The position numbers and the translations under genes were made by a program. The notes below the pieces were generated by a model, which had not been told where the DNA came from, made no database searches, and was given only the letters and a program-made list of their open reading frames with translations. Below, in pieces: positions 14,592 through 28,647 of a stretch of 64,000 nucleotides of DNA (positions are counted from its first letter, which is position 1; each line of letters opens with the position of its first letter). Origin of the DNA: Adineta vaga (taxonomy: Eukaryota > Animalia > Rotifera); assembly GCA_021613535.1 (NCBI GenBank), contig CP075495.1, forward strand, positions 10,416,001 through 10,480,000. The letters run 5' to 3'.

Positions 14592-16405
14592 TTAATACTT
14601 AGATTTTCGACCGTCAGTGACTGTCGTTGGCATTGGAAGGAATGAAGATTGTTGGGTATAATACGGTGCAAATTGATTGATGTTCATTGGCGTTGGTGTC
14701 GGAGGTGAACTAGATAATGTTGATGATGGAATGATAGGAATAGTTTGTTGCTGTTGCTGAAATTGTTGATAATGTTGTTGTTGTGGAATACGACGTCGAT
14801 GATGATGCGTCACCGGAGAATTACTTGTAGTTTTACCGATTGGAGTTCCATTATTCGAAAACTTCTGTATCGCTAATGCTTTGTACAAACGATTAAGTTT
14901 GTAATAATCTATTTAGACGAAGAATTCAGTAAAAATTCAATGATAAAAATATTCTTACATGGAAAACTTTCAACATAACCACAATATCCACTATCTGATG
15001 ATTCATTTGATGTTGTACTATGCATAGAATGTGGAGTATCAGATCGATCTGGTTGAAGATGATTTCTCTCGATTGGTGAACCTTCAGATGACATTGATTC
15101 AGCATGAATTTGTAAGGAAAGATTTTGTTCATATTTAACGGGAACTTTAATTGGTGCTGATGGTGACATTTGAAATGCAGGTGCTTGTGGTGATAATGCT
15201 CTTGGTAGAGTAAATAATGGCCCATTGTGATACATAGTTGGTGGTAATGGTACACTTAATGATGGTTGTCCGAGAGGAAATGGTGACGATGTACGTTGAG
15301 GTGTTGATGCACCTGAACAACTAGCTGAATCACATGATGAACTATTTGTTGGTGACGAACGTAATGTATTTGTCGTAACCATGGACAAGCGACTTTGTGA
15401 AAATAATGTATCGAGATCATTTCTGACAAGTTCATTTCCTTCTTTATCAAAACGAGCAACTAATAATTGTTGATTTTCTTTCGGTGATGCATGATTTCCA
15501 ATTCTAACAGAAAAATGCGGATACACATATGTATGATTTAGGTCAAATTATCTATATTTATTCTTTCCGTTCCGTTTTCTTTTTCTTCAAAATGTCATTT
15601 TTTTAAAGTTGTTATGCAAGAAAAAATGTAATGTCTCTAAGGTTTATGTTGTTTAAATGTTTTTTTGTTTTTGTTATTGTGATTGTGTAATATAAAGAAA
15701 TGGCGACATGGAAACAGTTGAAATGAGACGAGAGAGAGACAGAATAAAAAAGAAAGGATGAAGAAGAAGAAAGGAGGAAAACAACTACCTTGTGGGCGTA
15801 GAGAATAGAAAGTATACAATGCATGAAGAAAAACTAACTCGTTCTCTTCCTTTCTTCGTTAGAACATGTGATGACATCATATCTCGTGATTAGGTTGCGC
15901 GTATACGACCTACGCACTTTGTCGAGTAAAGAAAAACAGAATGAGAAAAAGAACTCTTCATGTTAGCATGACTATAACTGAAGAGAATGCCAACATCGCA
16001 ATAAGCCTTGTCATGATGATATAACATACCTGATTGTTACTTCATATGGATCAATCCATAATGTAATATCATGTCGAATACCGAGTAGATTTGATGCAAA
16101 TCCTAATTCACGACAAATTTGTGAAACGATAACATCACAATATTCATTTTGTTTAGTAAATTCTAATGAACGATAGGCTTGTCCTTTGATAGGTATATCT
16201 ATAATATCAATGGAAAAGAAAGTAAGAAAAGAACAAATGATAAATATCATTGAATCTTACCAGGATACCAATGACCTTGATAACGTTCAAGTAAATTTTT
16301 TTGAAGACATGTACGAAATTCTTCGATAGTTTCTTCTTTTATTGAACCAAAATGCGATATATAGGCGACAAGTAAATCAAGTGCGACATCAATTTCTTTT
16401 TTCAT
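14592..16405 (-). CDS. BTG/Tob antiproliferative family protein; 4 exons (16405-~16261, ~16198-~16029, 15503-14959, 14908-14592)
   Basis: APRO domain MKKEIDVALDLL...ERYQGHWYP|DIPIKGQAYRSL (box A) and ITLWIDPYEVTIR|IG (box B), followed by a long Ser/Pro/Gln-rich tail. Confidence 0.92.
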
Positions 16406-18903
16406 GATTTTTCTTTTTTTTATTATATAGATAGATTTGTAAATGACAAAATGAAAACTTGTTGTAAGCAAACTAAAAAGAAATGAATGAATGAATATGT
16501 GTGTGGAAGTAATATATGTCGAGCTTTTATACTACAAAGTGATGATGTGTATTGCACTATAGTCTTTCTCTTTCTTCTTGTTATAGAAAGAACTAAGAAT
16601 GACGAGAGAGAAAAAAAAATGGAGAAAATGAGAGAGAGAAAAAAAAGAGAATGGAGAAAATCTTGATCTATTTAATGCATGTTTTGGAAGAAGAAGAAAA
16701 ATGCGAACGTAATATCTACGTAATAATCAGTTCAGTAATGAAAATGAAAAAAATCTAGAATAAAATTCTTTTTTTTTTTGTTTCTGTATTAATTAAAACT
16801 AGTGGAAGAAGAAAATAAAATGAATAGAAAATATGTTCCCTATGACCCTATTGCAAAAGAGATTGACGACGTTTCTAGTGATATTGTTATTCTGTTTGCA
16901 TTGGGTAACATTGATGACGTGTCACGATGACAACTGATGATTCATTCCAAAACATATACAAACAAACAAACTTCGAGAACAAACTTCTTCCCATTATTAT
17001 TACTTAACTACAGTTAACCTTTTATGACTACCTTTTTTTTTCAATAATTTGGAAACAATTTATTTATAGTAGTCTATTAAAAATAAATCTGTATCAAAGA
17101 AAAATTTTGATAAATATCTTCGAAACATATTTTTAATAGAAATTTTAATTACGCAACATTCTAAACAATAAATAACATACCGTTTCAAGCTGAAATATTC
17201 TTCTGTCAAAAAAAACATATATATATAAAACACGAAAATTCTTATACTATTCGATACAGAATTTCATATGTGTATAAATCTTAATGACTTGAAAAAGAAT
17301 TCAGAATAAAACATCAACTAGTAAAATTTACGAAAAAAAATCATATTTAACAAGAAAAGAACAGATTTCAAGAGCTACTCCTCATGTTTTTATTTCTTTT
17401 AATAGTTATAAAAGGTCCTTATGGCATGATTTTTTTCTAATACATGTCACTAGAATAAGATAGTTTGAGGATAAAAACATGATTCATTAGTATCAAATAG
17501 AAAATAACAATCAATATACTGCTATTTCTGTACGAGTTTCTCATTTCTCTCTGTTATCGATCTTTATTTAAAAAAACAGCAAACAGCAGAAGAGAAAAAC
17601 ATGACGGTTTTAAATAGTCACAGCTGTCCCTTTTGACATGAAAATATGGCCTACGTATACGTTTTGCTTGTCGAACGTGGTCTGGCGCCTACGATTACCA
17701 ATAACTATATATATATATAAATATATTTATCGATAATATCAAATGAAACGTAAATTTGATCATTGTATGAGTGAAGAAGAAGAAAAAAAGGAGAGAGAAT
17801 TACATAAATAACAAAACGTGTTATTGTTAAATGTTTGATGATTCTAATATTCACTTAGTTGAATATAAAAGAGAAGAATAACAAATCAATGTAGATTTTT
17901 ATGAATCATATTTTTATCATTTGAAAACATGTTTCGCATCAACAATAAGAGATAATTATTATTAGTATATTTTCTTTTTCTTAAAAACTTTCGACATATC
18001 AAAAATAAATGTCATTCATCATTCTTCGATATATACACATAGACATACTCATACTTTGACGCATGTCTATGTTATCAATATTTATTCGATAAAATATACA
18101 TGTACAGACCATGATTATGATAAAGATAATAAGAAAAACCCGAATGGATTTGCTGTTTTTCTTCCTCTTCGTGTATTGATTTCACTCAAACTTTTTATTT
18201 TATTTATGTAAAATTAGATTAGTCATCTCATATGCATACATGTATTTAATGACAAAGCAAAATATACTTAAGAGATCGATTCGAAAAGAAAAGTATTACT
18301 AATCAAAAGGAAGTAAAGAAAAAGAAAGAAGAGAAAAGATTTATTTCCGAAAGAAAAATACTCTCATAAAATGCCAGTGACGATACTCTTTTTTCCCTTG
18401 ATTTCTATAGAACCTATTCTTACAATATTTCAGTGATCTATATGCAATAGTAGGTGTATCAACTTGAATCGAAGTTGAAAAGAAAATGCACAGAACTATT
18501 GTTCTTATATTATTATATGAAATATTTTGAAAAAGTTTGAAGTTCTCTTTGTTTCCTGCAATGAAAACATATTAAAATGTAAATAATTATAAAAATTGAT
18601 TGCGAAAGAAAACTATGCCATTTAGTTCTTAAGAATAATCTAGCTGGTGATCTAACATCATTAGAGTAGATGTATTCAAATAAATAAAATGAGTGAATGC
18701 ACAAGTTCAAATATTTTTCAGAAATAGTACCTAGAATGAATGTCAATATTTTATTAAACCATGCTGTAATGATTTATTTTTGTTTAAACATATCCGTTTC
18801 TTTTAATTAAATATGTCACATTTAATAACAAAGTACATTAATGCAAAGAAAAAAATCTTGTTCATTGAATGAGATTTAATAAATCGACGAATTCTTATCT
18901 TTC

Positions 18904-18915
18904 AATGACGTCATT
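18904..18915. promoter_or_regulatory. Perfect CRE palindrome (aaTGACGTCAtt) upstream of the BTG/Tob gene
   Basis: 12-bp palindrome containing the consensus TGACGTCA, in the 4-kb non-coding region 5' of the BTG gene. Function is inferred only. Confidence 0.35.
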
Positions 18916-20574
18916 TATCATTTCTTCTCATCAGAAAAGTCAAAAAAACGTTAATAAGAATCTCTGTTGTCATGGGATTATTAAGAAATCTTTTTTTAAC
19001 TTCTAAGATATAAAGAAAAGATCGACGCTCAGTAATTAGCAAGAATTTAGTTCATCAGTGACTGTTTTCAAGTAAAATCTACATGAATCATAATGAACTC
19101 CATAATAGTCATGCAGAATGCAAGTGAAAATCATGGATATAATGAAATGTATTATTGTTTGACTAGTCTTATATCTGAAAATATTTATCCAATATTTTCA
19201 ACAGAAATATCAGATATATATTGTCCATATAGGTTAATTTATAGGAAAAACTATCAATATTTCGATTAATTTGGATTGTGTAGAATTTCGTCTATTATAA
19301 ATTGATGTAATTCGATTCTTAATCTTACATAGAAAGTACTTCGTAATCTCAAAACGTTCAATCTTCTTCATATATCTTAATTCTTTCGCTCCATTCCGGA
19401 ATGAAACAAAATGTATTAACTTAGAAGTTATAAACTGAACGATTCTTTTCGAATAAAAATACTGAAATGAGTTTCAATGCAAAACAAAATCATTTAGATC
19501 TATTGAGAAATTTTTCATCGTGCTATGTTCGATACTATTAAATATTCAAACGTTATTGTGTGCTAAAAATAGAGCAATTGATTATCATAAGAATAGTAAC
19601 ATCTGACGGAGAATTTATTAGCATTAACTTAAAGATATTGATTGGTTTGAACGCGACATTAATTTAATTCTTAGTTAGCATCAGTAAATGTGTCCCTTTT
19701 TTACTTTTTGAGCCCTAATTCTAAAAATACAATGATTGCGGACGACCAGTTTAATCGTCAGGAAAGATCATTTCTATATATACACATAGATGTGTGATCG
19801 TATAATAATTACCATCATTTAATATATTTTTAAAGAATAACATATGAACATTTTTATAACTATGATCCGTTTTAGATTGATGCCTGTCAAACCTGAAGAA
19901 AAAGCGCTGAAATTGATGTAAAACAAGAAAATTCATTAATAAGATGTTTTCGTACATTTTTTAAATTGCTTAAGGTTTTATTTTTAACTGACAATATTGC
20001 AAGAATATTCAAATTATTATGAACGATTTATGTAACCTTTTTTTCTTATATTAAAAGGTTTTGACAATTAAAGAATGAAAATCATTTTACTTATTTAAGT
20101 ATCTCAATTATGTTAGCTTTATTAGATCTACAGAAACATCTCTAATTGATATTTTGTAATTTAACCCGGAAAACAAAATGAGAGTATCTATTGTTAATTT
20201 ATATTTTGTTTTCTATTTTGATAGATGTCTAATAAATAAATATAGAAAAAAAGGGAAAAGTATTTCCCAAAAAATTGGAACTGTGTTAAGATGTATGGAT
20301 TAGCGTTTTTTTTCTTCAAATAAAATCCATTGAATTGCATTTGGAAACAACGCCACTTTAGTAGGTTTTTTTATACATTGAAAGTTTGAAAAGATTTGAA
20401 ATTGATAACTTCTTATGAAATCATCCATTGATCAAAGGTTTACGTTCATATAGTATACTGACAAAGACATACACACACGCACACACACAAAAGAATGAGA
20501 GAATGAATACGTAATCGATAAAAAGAGGAAAAAAAGAGAAAAACAAAAATTTTCTTTTTTAAATAACAAGAAGA

Positions 20575-23410
20575 TCAAGTTGGGGGAAGGTTCGTTGATG
20601 CAGGAGGTGGCGGTGGCAATGATGGTAGTTGCGAAGTAGTCAATAAAGATGATTGTTGCGCTATGGATGAAGGAAGTGATGATAATGAAGCTGTGGGTGG
20701 TATCGATTGACTAGACGATGGAGGAGCAGGAGGAACCGTAGTCGAAGTAGTAGTCGTTGAATTTGATGAATCATTGGCAGCAGATGAATTAGCAAATAAT
20801 GGCGTATATTGAGCATAGATTTCACTGGGTACATGTTGACGAAGAAAAGCATTTTCATGTTCGACACTATTTACTTTTTCATTTAATGTTCGAATTTGTT
20901 GACGTAATTCAGTGACTTCTTCTCGAACAGCTGATAACAAATGCATTTTAACAAGATCCTAAAAATATGAAAAAAAATTTCTTTCAAATAATCTGATCTT
21001 ATCAATATTTATTAAATATTATCTACCATTGCTGCGGAGATTTTATTGTCGATATCAGTGGTACTAAAATAAATAAAAGAAAAAAATATAAGAATTCGAT
21101 GAAACAGAATGGTAGTTTCATGCTCTAGTATCCATTATGATAAGCAAGAAATATAGAATAAAAAAACAGCTCTTAATGTGAATAATGATTGAGAAGAATT
21201 TATCATTTATTTGCTTTTTTTTCTTTGCTTCAGCATAGCAATTATCTGATCACAAGCGTAAGTATCCTTCGACTAATCAATGCTAGATCAGTTATGATTT
21301 TTTTTAAATTGAATTGAATTGAATTTTTTTTTGCATTTATATTGATATATATGTGTGTGTATGCGTATGTGTGCGGTTGGAATAAATTTATTGAAAATAC
21401 CTGCGCGGTCGTCTATATCTTATTCGTGCTCGTCTCTCGGATAAGCTGAAGCTTGATATTGGTGGAGAGAAAGAAGTATAAACGAAAAAAGATATATCAA
21501 GAATGAATTGCACTTACTTATTTTGTTTAGTTGGTGTTGTTAATTCTTTTAATATTTCATTAGCAATTTCCGTATTTTTGCCGTTCTCATTTGTTAATAA
21601 GCCCATAGCTGCAACTGCTGTTACAGCTGCTGTTTGAGCTGCTGTTTGAGATAAATTTAATGGTGAACCACTAGCTGCATATGTCCATATATCATTTAAT
21701 GATGTTGTTGGTGTTTTATTTGGATTATTTGTTTGCACTGTAATCGGAGAGAGAAGTGAAGGTGGTGGTTGAGAACTTGGCATCGACGGCGATGATGATA
21801 ATAAATCAGTCATCTGCAGTGGATTTGTTGTTATTGATGTTGTCCGTGATGTATCATTATTGATACCATTAGCTGTTGTTGTGAGAGGTTTTGGCAGATT
21901 ATTTGGTACTGCTGTTGCTGTAGTTGTTTTTGCTACAGTAGATGGTTGAATAGGAGTCTTCGTGGATGACGTATCATGTTTTGGTGATGTGAGAATTGGA
22001 GCTTGTTGTTGTTGTTGCTGCTGCTGCTGCTGCTGTTGGGATAACGGTATTTGATGAGAGTGTTGTTGTTGCTGTATGTCAGTAGTATTAGTTGGAATTT
22101 GAGCAAGTGATAAGGGCTGTGTAGGTGGTGGAATAATTGTTGGAGGTGGCGGTGCTGGATGATAAGAAGCTATAGTTGCATAAGGTGAAGCAGTATTAGG
22201 TGGTCTTGTGAAACATATGGTGAATGAGGATGATGAGCGGTATATATGAAAGGTGCACCAGCAGCAGCAGCAGCAGCGGCAGCTAGTTGAGCATTCTGTA
22301 AATGATCGGTCGTAGGATTTGAAAATTGATTTGAAGAAATCACTGGATTTTCATTAGATACATCTGCGACTAGAGATAAAGAAAAAAGCAAGATATAATT
22401 AACAAAACAATTTTCTGATCTTTAATAAACTATATTGATAAAGTCGAAGTAATCAAGTGTTTGAAATTCTATCTAATACATGACAAAACTAATAAAAATA
22501 TACCCATGTCAGTATATCGAATACCATCACCGAGATTTCCTGTTGGCAATTGAGATGTTTGTTGTTGATGTGGCGGTATATGTGGAGATAGAAAAGGATT
22601 AGCAGCAGCTAAAGCAGCCCATTGAGGTGGATAATGTGTATATGGTGATGCAAAAAATGGATAATAACCAAATTGAGGATGATTAGGTAAGATATAGGAT
22701 TGATTTGGAGCTGCTATATTAGGTAATGGTGCTCCTGGATATGGATGAAGTAGACCTGTTGTTGGTGGAACATTTGTAGTTGGCATGACTGTTGCTGCTG
22801 TAGCTGGATTATTCATAGTTAGTCTTTGTTGTTGCTGTTGAAAAGCAGTAGCTGCGGCAGCAGCGGCGGACTAATAATTACAAACATTTGTGTATCTACA
22901 TGAATGAAAAACACAACAAATTCTTACAGCTGCTGTTGCAGCAAGTGTTGCTGATGAAGTCGAATTGGAATCAACTGGTAAACCGGGTACTATATTAGTA
23001 GGTAGAGCATTTGTTATAGTTGAGGGAACATTTGACGATGCTGCTGGATTGGAAATGTTTACAGGTTCATTTTCAATAGTATTCACCGGTTGATTGATTG
23101 ATGTTGGAATATTTTCAGGTGGTTCATAATCGTTAACTTTCCATCGACCACGACCAAAATTTCTATCGACACGTATCATTTGAAAACGTGACGCACATGC
23201 TGATTCATCCGTTGTCGATGATACAGACAGCTGTGTTGTAGAGTGTGGCGGTGCTGAAGCTGGTTGCTGTTGGCCAGAGGTAACAACTGTTGTTTCCTCA
23301 TGATTATTAACTGTATTTACTGGTAATTTATCAACATTGACCACATGAAATTTTCCAATTAACTGTTCATTATTATTCGTCGGATGATTTACTGTTGATT
23401 GCCCATTCAT
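20575..23410 (-). CDS. TSC22-domain/bunched family protein, long isoform; apparent -1 frameshift near 22206
   Basis: C-terminal TSC box and leucine zipper IDNKISAAM|DLVKMHLLSAVREEVTELRQQIRTLNEKVNSVEHENAFLR. The N-terminal long-isoform motif SRFQMIRVDRNFGRGRWKVNDY and polyA/polyQ tracts are also present. Confidence 0.9.
22003..22036 (-). repeat. (CAG)n(CAA)n polyglutamine-coding repeat in the TSC22 gene
   Basis: Plus strand reads (ttg)n(ctg)n. Confidence 0.85.
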
Positions 23411-23547
23411 AGTTCACTCGTTTGAAAGATCACGAATTGATTGAATTAAAAATCGTCTCATAGCAAATTATTCCTTATCTATAAAATAATAAATCAAATA
23501 TAAATTCGATAAAACAAAACAAATAATTAAAGTTATTAAAAAAAAAT

Positions 23548-26028
23548 CATTCTAACAGGAAAATACTATTAAATTGTGTCGAAAATATTTGCTTCATTTT
23601 ATCTAAATTGGAAATAGACGAGTGAAACGAAAGAATTAAAGTCAATATTACCACGAATATCTTTCAAATTTGCACTTTTCTGATTGACAATCATGAATAA
23701 TTCACGCATATCGGATCGTTTAGCTATTATCCAAGGGTCATTTTCACGTTTGACCATTACTTCACCACTTGGATGAAACCTAAAAATATTCATGATCGAT
23801 TTGTTTTCTCTTTTCTTTCTTTTCTTTACAAAAAAATATTAGACAGAAAGAAAAGCAAAGTATAAGATTTTGTCAGTTCTCTTTGTACTCAGCGACCTAA
23901 TTAATCATCTTAGATATCATGTGTTGCTACATCATTATTACATTTATTTTCTTTTTTTTTCATTCAGAATCTAAGTCTAAAGATAATGATCTCTATTCAG
24001 CAAACAAAAAACACGTACCATTGTAAATCTTCAGCAAGTGTATTCATAACATTACTGATCATATTATTTGTTTCTTTCTTCCAATCAATTGTCGCTGAAT
24101 AAGCCATATTGATTTTATTAAAATAAACATTTTTAACAGTACTATCAAGCCTAAAAAAAAGAAGCCATATCATCGAGAGTTAAAATCTATTAATTAGAAA
24201 ATTGAATACAAACATTGGATGTTTTTTTTGTAAATATTCGTCAAAACTAGGTAATATTATTTCTAAATCTTTTTGAAATAATTCAATTGCTCTTGATGTT
24301 TTTTCATTATTTGATAGATCGTTATCTTCGATAAAAAAAACAAAATTAATATTCATTCATCTATGTATATTTTCTCTTTACCATTATGAAAGACACAAAA
24401 TGTAGTGAATAAATTATAATGAATAACAATAATTGAATGTGGTAAAGATAAATTTCCTATGAAGAACTTTTGACTAGTTATATTCGTAGAAGAACTTAAT
24501 TCGTCGGTTGGATTTGCACTGGAATTGACTGTGAAATACCTAGGAGAAATCATATTATTTATGAACAATTAGAATATGGCGATGATTACATAGGGAAAGA
24601 TCAACAATCTCGCTTCCGTGCAAGCAGCTTTTCTATCATTGAAAGAACCAATAAAAAAATGTGAGAAACAAAATCATTTTTCTTCTTTCATTATTCAGAT
24701 GATTACAATAAACAACGATCTTTAATTTTCTTAAGGGAATTCTTAAAATCATACACAAAATGAACTATTCTATTTCTTATGTTGAAAGTCATTTTAAAGA
24801 TAAATAATGATTTAACAGTTCATTCTATAAATATCTATTTTTTATTGACTTACTGTATCGTAGATGTATCATACATTCTTTTAAAATGTGGCCAATAATA
24901 CAGACGAAAAAATGAATAGAGTAATGTTGTATCAGCTTGATTGAGACCACTCCTAAGTATTATTTAACAGACATACATTAGAAATCTTTTTCGAAGAAAT
25001 AAATCTAATATTCTATACCAAATAAGTTGATTTCGATAGATAAAAATTGTTTCTGTCAATGATTTGAAACGTAATTCTAATCGTCGTAAAATTGATTGAA
25101 ATTTGAAATAAATGTGTTTATCGACAGATAAAAATTGTATACCAAACAAAGATGAATCAATTGTGACATTATTTATCATCTTCTGTAGATGATATTCAAT
25201 AAACTAATATTATATCAAAAAGAAAATAATGAATGTTGTTTGCTATTGATTTAGTGTATTATTCATTTACCTTATCAAAATATTCTCTTAGAATTATTCT
25301 TAATTTTTCGACATTATATTGTTGAATAATTGCTGACATCGTTCCATATTGTAACTTGATAAATTAATCAAATCAATCTTCATTCTCTCGTTCTTGACAT
25401 TGCAATGACTTACAATGAAATATTGATACGATATTTTTAAAATTGGTAACATAAGTCGATCATTAATACGTTCATCATGATATTCAAGAATACATTTGTC
25501 ATCTTTCTTTTGTTCAGTTACTGGAATATGAAGTATCTAAACACAAACAATAGAAAATATTTGAATTCATTCTGTTTTTTTTAGTCGTTTATTGTTTACC
25601 ATTGCTAGATAAATATCATTTTCGATTTTATCAAATAATAAACGAGTCTTTCGAAAATGTATACTTTCACATGATTGATCAAATCCAAATGTTCTTCAAG
25701 AAAGGAATTTTTTTGTCATTTTTTTTAGTCTTAAGATTTAATCGAATAAATGATTATACTCAGTAAATTGAACTAAACCTTCACAATAACCAATTGTTCG
25801 TATTTGTTGATCAAGTTCTTTTGTTGATGGATAATAATAAAGAATTTTTCGTTCTTCCTAAATGAAATATTCATTTCATTTGTTTTTAAATATAAGACAG
25901 CAAACAACAACAATATATTTGTTAGTTTTATAGCAAACCTGTCCTTCTTTTTCACAGAATAATGGGCAATAAATAAAATAATCAATAAGATTAATATTCG
26001 ATGATAAATGTTCATTCGATGATGCCAT
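23548..26028 (-). CDS. CCZ1: Vacuolar fusion protein CCZ1 (Mon1-Ccz1 Rab7 GEF subunit); multi-exon
   Basis: Spliced product: DYFIYCPLFCEKEGQ|EERKILYYYPSTKELDQQIRTIGYCEGLVQFT...CESIHFRKTRLLFDKIENDIYLAM. The C-terminus reads EVMVKRENDPWIIAKRSDMRELFMIVNQKSANLKDI...FSTQFNSIFLLE*. Confidence 0.93.
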
Positions 26029-26929
26029 GAGAACTGAATTCTTATTTATATTTATATTAATTAAACTTGTTGCTATTTTGACTCTCGAGAGAATTCGATC
26101 AGCGATGTTTCTTTTTTTTTTTCAAAAAGACAACACTACTTGGACTTTGTGTTCGTCCATTTTGATTGGATATTTAAGAGAAGAAATTGAATCAATGACA
26201 TATGCCGCCATCAGAAAGAAAGAAAGAAAGAAAGCCGAGGCTTTTGATTACTAACTACATCTATCGTAGGTTTAAAAGAAAGTACCTAAATTCATCATTT
26301 TACGAAAAATTTCCTCGCGAAAAAACAACAAACCAAAAATCATGATAACATCGATAGTAGTACAAGAAGTAATAAGAATAAAATTTTCCTCAATTGAAAT
26401 AAATACAATTTATAGGAAATCAATTTCAAGATTCAAATCATATGTTTTCATGGATGACTTTTTTATCTAACAAAATATATCATATGACAGAAAAAATATA
26501 TATCCACGCGTTAATCAACGTGACAGATAGGAAAAGATGTCCTTCAGATAAATACAAACTATATTATCTAAATATTGCTTTCAACAATGATAAAAAAAAA
26601 TAACATATCTATGTAATCAGACAAATGATTGTAAACAGTTTATTAAAATTATCTTTTGATTTTTTTGTACCTCATGCAATATTTTTTAAAAGAAATGTAA
26701 AAACGAATTATAACATCAGAACAAAAGATCGTTTTATGAGTATGTATAATCAATACTTGAAAATTTTTCTTATACTATTATCTTTAATCATAAATCTTAT
26801 TATTCATATAAAAAAACCGTTTTATATTCTTATCAAACGTTTAATGCTGTAAATGCATCGACTGGATTAATTGAATTCAATCGACAAGACAAATATTGAA
26901 TTTAAGAAAATAGTATTTCAATCACCAAG

Positions 26930-28567
26930 ATGACAAATCGATTATTTAATCGGATTCGACATTCTACTACAGATTTAGAGATATTGTCTGTAGAACGATC
27001 AGGACGAGCAAAACGTGGTTTTTCTTTGCAAGTTTTATCATTGAAATCTGATGAAATAGTAAATCGTTTGCGAAATAAACATTTAATGGATGCTATTGCA
27101 GAAATTGAGTAAGTTATAAGCAAATTTAATAAAACATTTATTTGATTCGAATTGATAATTATAGAAAAATCAATAGAAATGTACATTTGGAGAATATACT
27201 CTATTCATGGTATTTAAGACGTGTAGAATGTTCGAAAATGATTGAAACATTCGATGAATTTGATGATGATGTGAGTGATATTACGCCAGATGAAAGTCAA
27301 TTTGTTTCTAATCGAACTACAATCCATGCAAAATTACCTGAAATAGCACGACGTTTTTCAAGTAAAGAATCTTCATATTGTTTTTCTCTTTTTGTGTTTA
27401 TTCAAAACATGCATGTCAATCGAACTATTTAGCTAAAAAACGTTCACTTGATTCATCAAATCCAACACCATTGTGGACTAAACTAGTCAGTAATTGGCGT
27501 GATTATATGTATGAAGCATTTTTGTTACGTGTTGAGCAAGAAAAACTATCGATTGCTGCATATGAAATTAAACAAACGAAATTAGATTGGGAAAAAATGA
27601 AAATGAATGCTCAATTATCATTAGAACATTATGATGTAAGTTAAAATATTCTTTAGCTTTTAAGATGTACATATATCTTAGTATTTCAAACAATATAAGT
27701 GTCAATATTTATACATATAGGTTCTTCTCCGAGCAGTTCAATCTGATGAAGTTTCTCAACAAACATTGAATAATGATTTAGAAAAAAATATCAATAAACA
27801 TCTTCACAATACATACAAAGGTCAATTGAACAATTCGAATTCATTTGTTCCTGTTGAGTTATTAATTAATCGTATCATTAAACGAATACATTCACGTATA
27901 GGTTCAATTGGTCTTTTACGTATTAATACATCACAAATGCAATTACGTATTCGAACTATTGATTTAAATATATATAATTTGGAACATTCTGATGAAAAAA
28001 TGCATGAAATTGATATAAATTTTGTTCGAACGAGAAAAGTTGATTATTTGGATACGTTTGAAAAGGTGGATCGACAATATAAAATTGCAAAATCTTCTCA
28101 ATATCCTATTCTTCATCAATTATATGAATTACAAAGCAAAGTAGTTGAACAAGAAGAAGAGAAAATTGATTATGAAAATAAATATCAATTATTAGAAAAC
28201 CGTTTAGAGAAAATTAATCAAGAAATTGAATGTATTCAACAAGAAAATGAAGAACTTAGTAAGGAAAATAATGTTTTACGAGATCGATTAGTAAATATTA
28301 AAGAAGCACCATCAATTACAAATTACGCTTACGTTATTGAACGAACTAAAAAGTTACAACATCAAATTGATGTATGGACAAGAAGAGTGAATATTGCAGA
28401 AGTATGTATTTCTGTAATTTAGAAGTGATATTCTCGTATATGTTCTTTCTTTTTTCAAGACATTACTATCACAAATGCAACGACAAACAAAATCAATGAC
28501 TATTCTACCACCGATTCAATGCATTGTTCCTCGTCAACGTTCATCATTTGCATTTTCTACAAAATGA
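26930..28567 (+). CDS. Coiled-coil ciliary protein, CCDC113/CFAP263-like (DUF4201 type), divergent; 5 exons
   Basis: Exons join in frame. MHEIDINFVR and EAPSITNYAYVIERTKKLQHQIDVWTRRVNIAE|TLL resemble the recalled CCDC113 C-terminus (VP.VM.YV...WERKVEIAE). Confidence 0.72.
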
Positions 28568-28647
28568 ATTATACTTAAATACGATGATAGTACAAATGTA
28601 GATTTAGAATAAACAAAAGAATAAAACTCACCAATATCTATTCTTGT

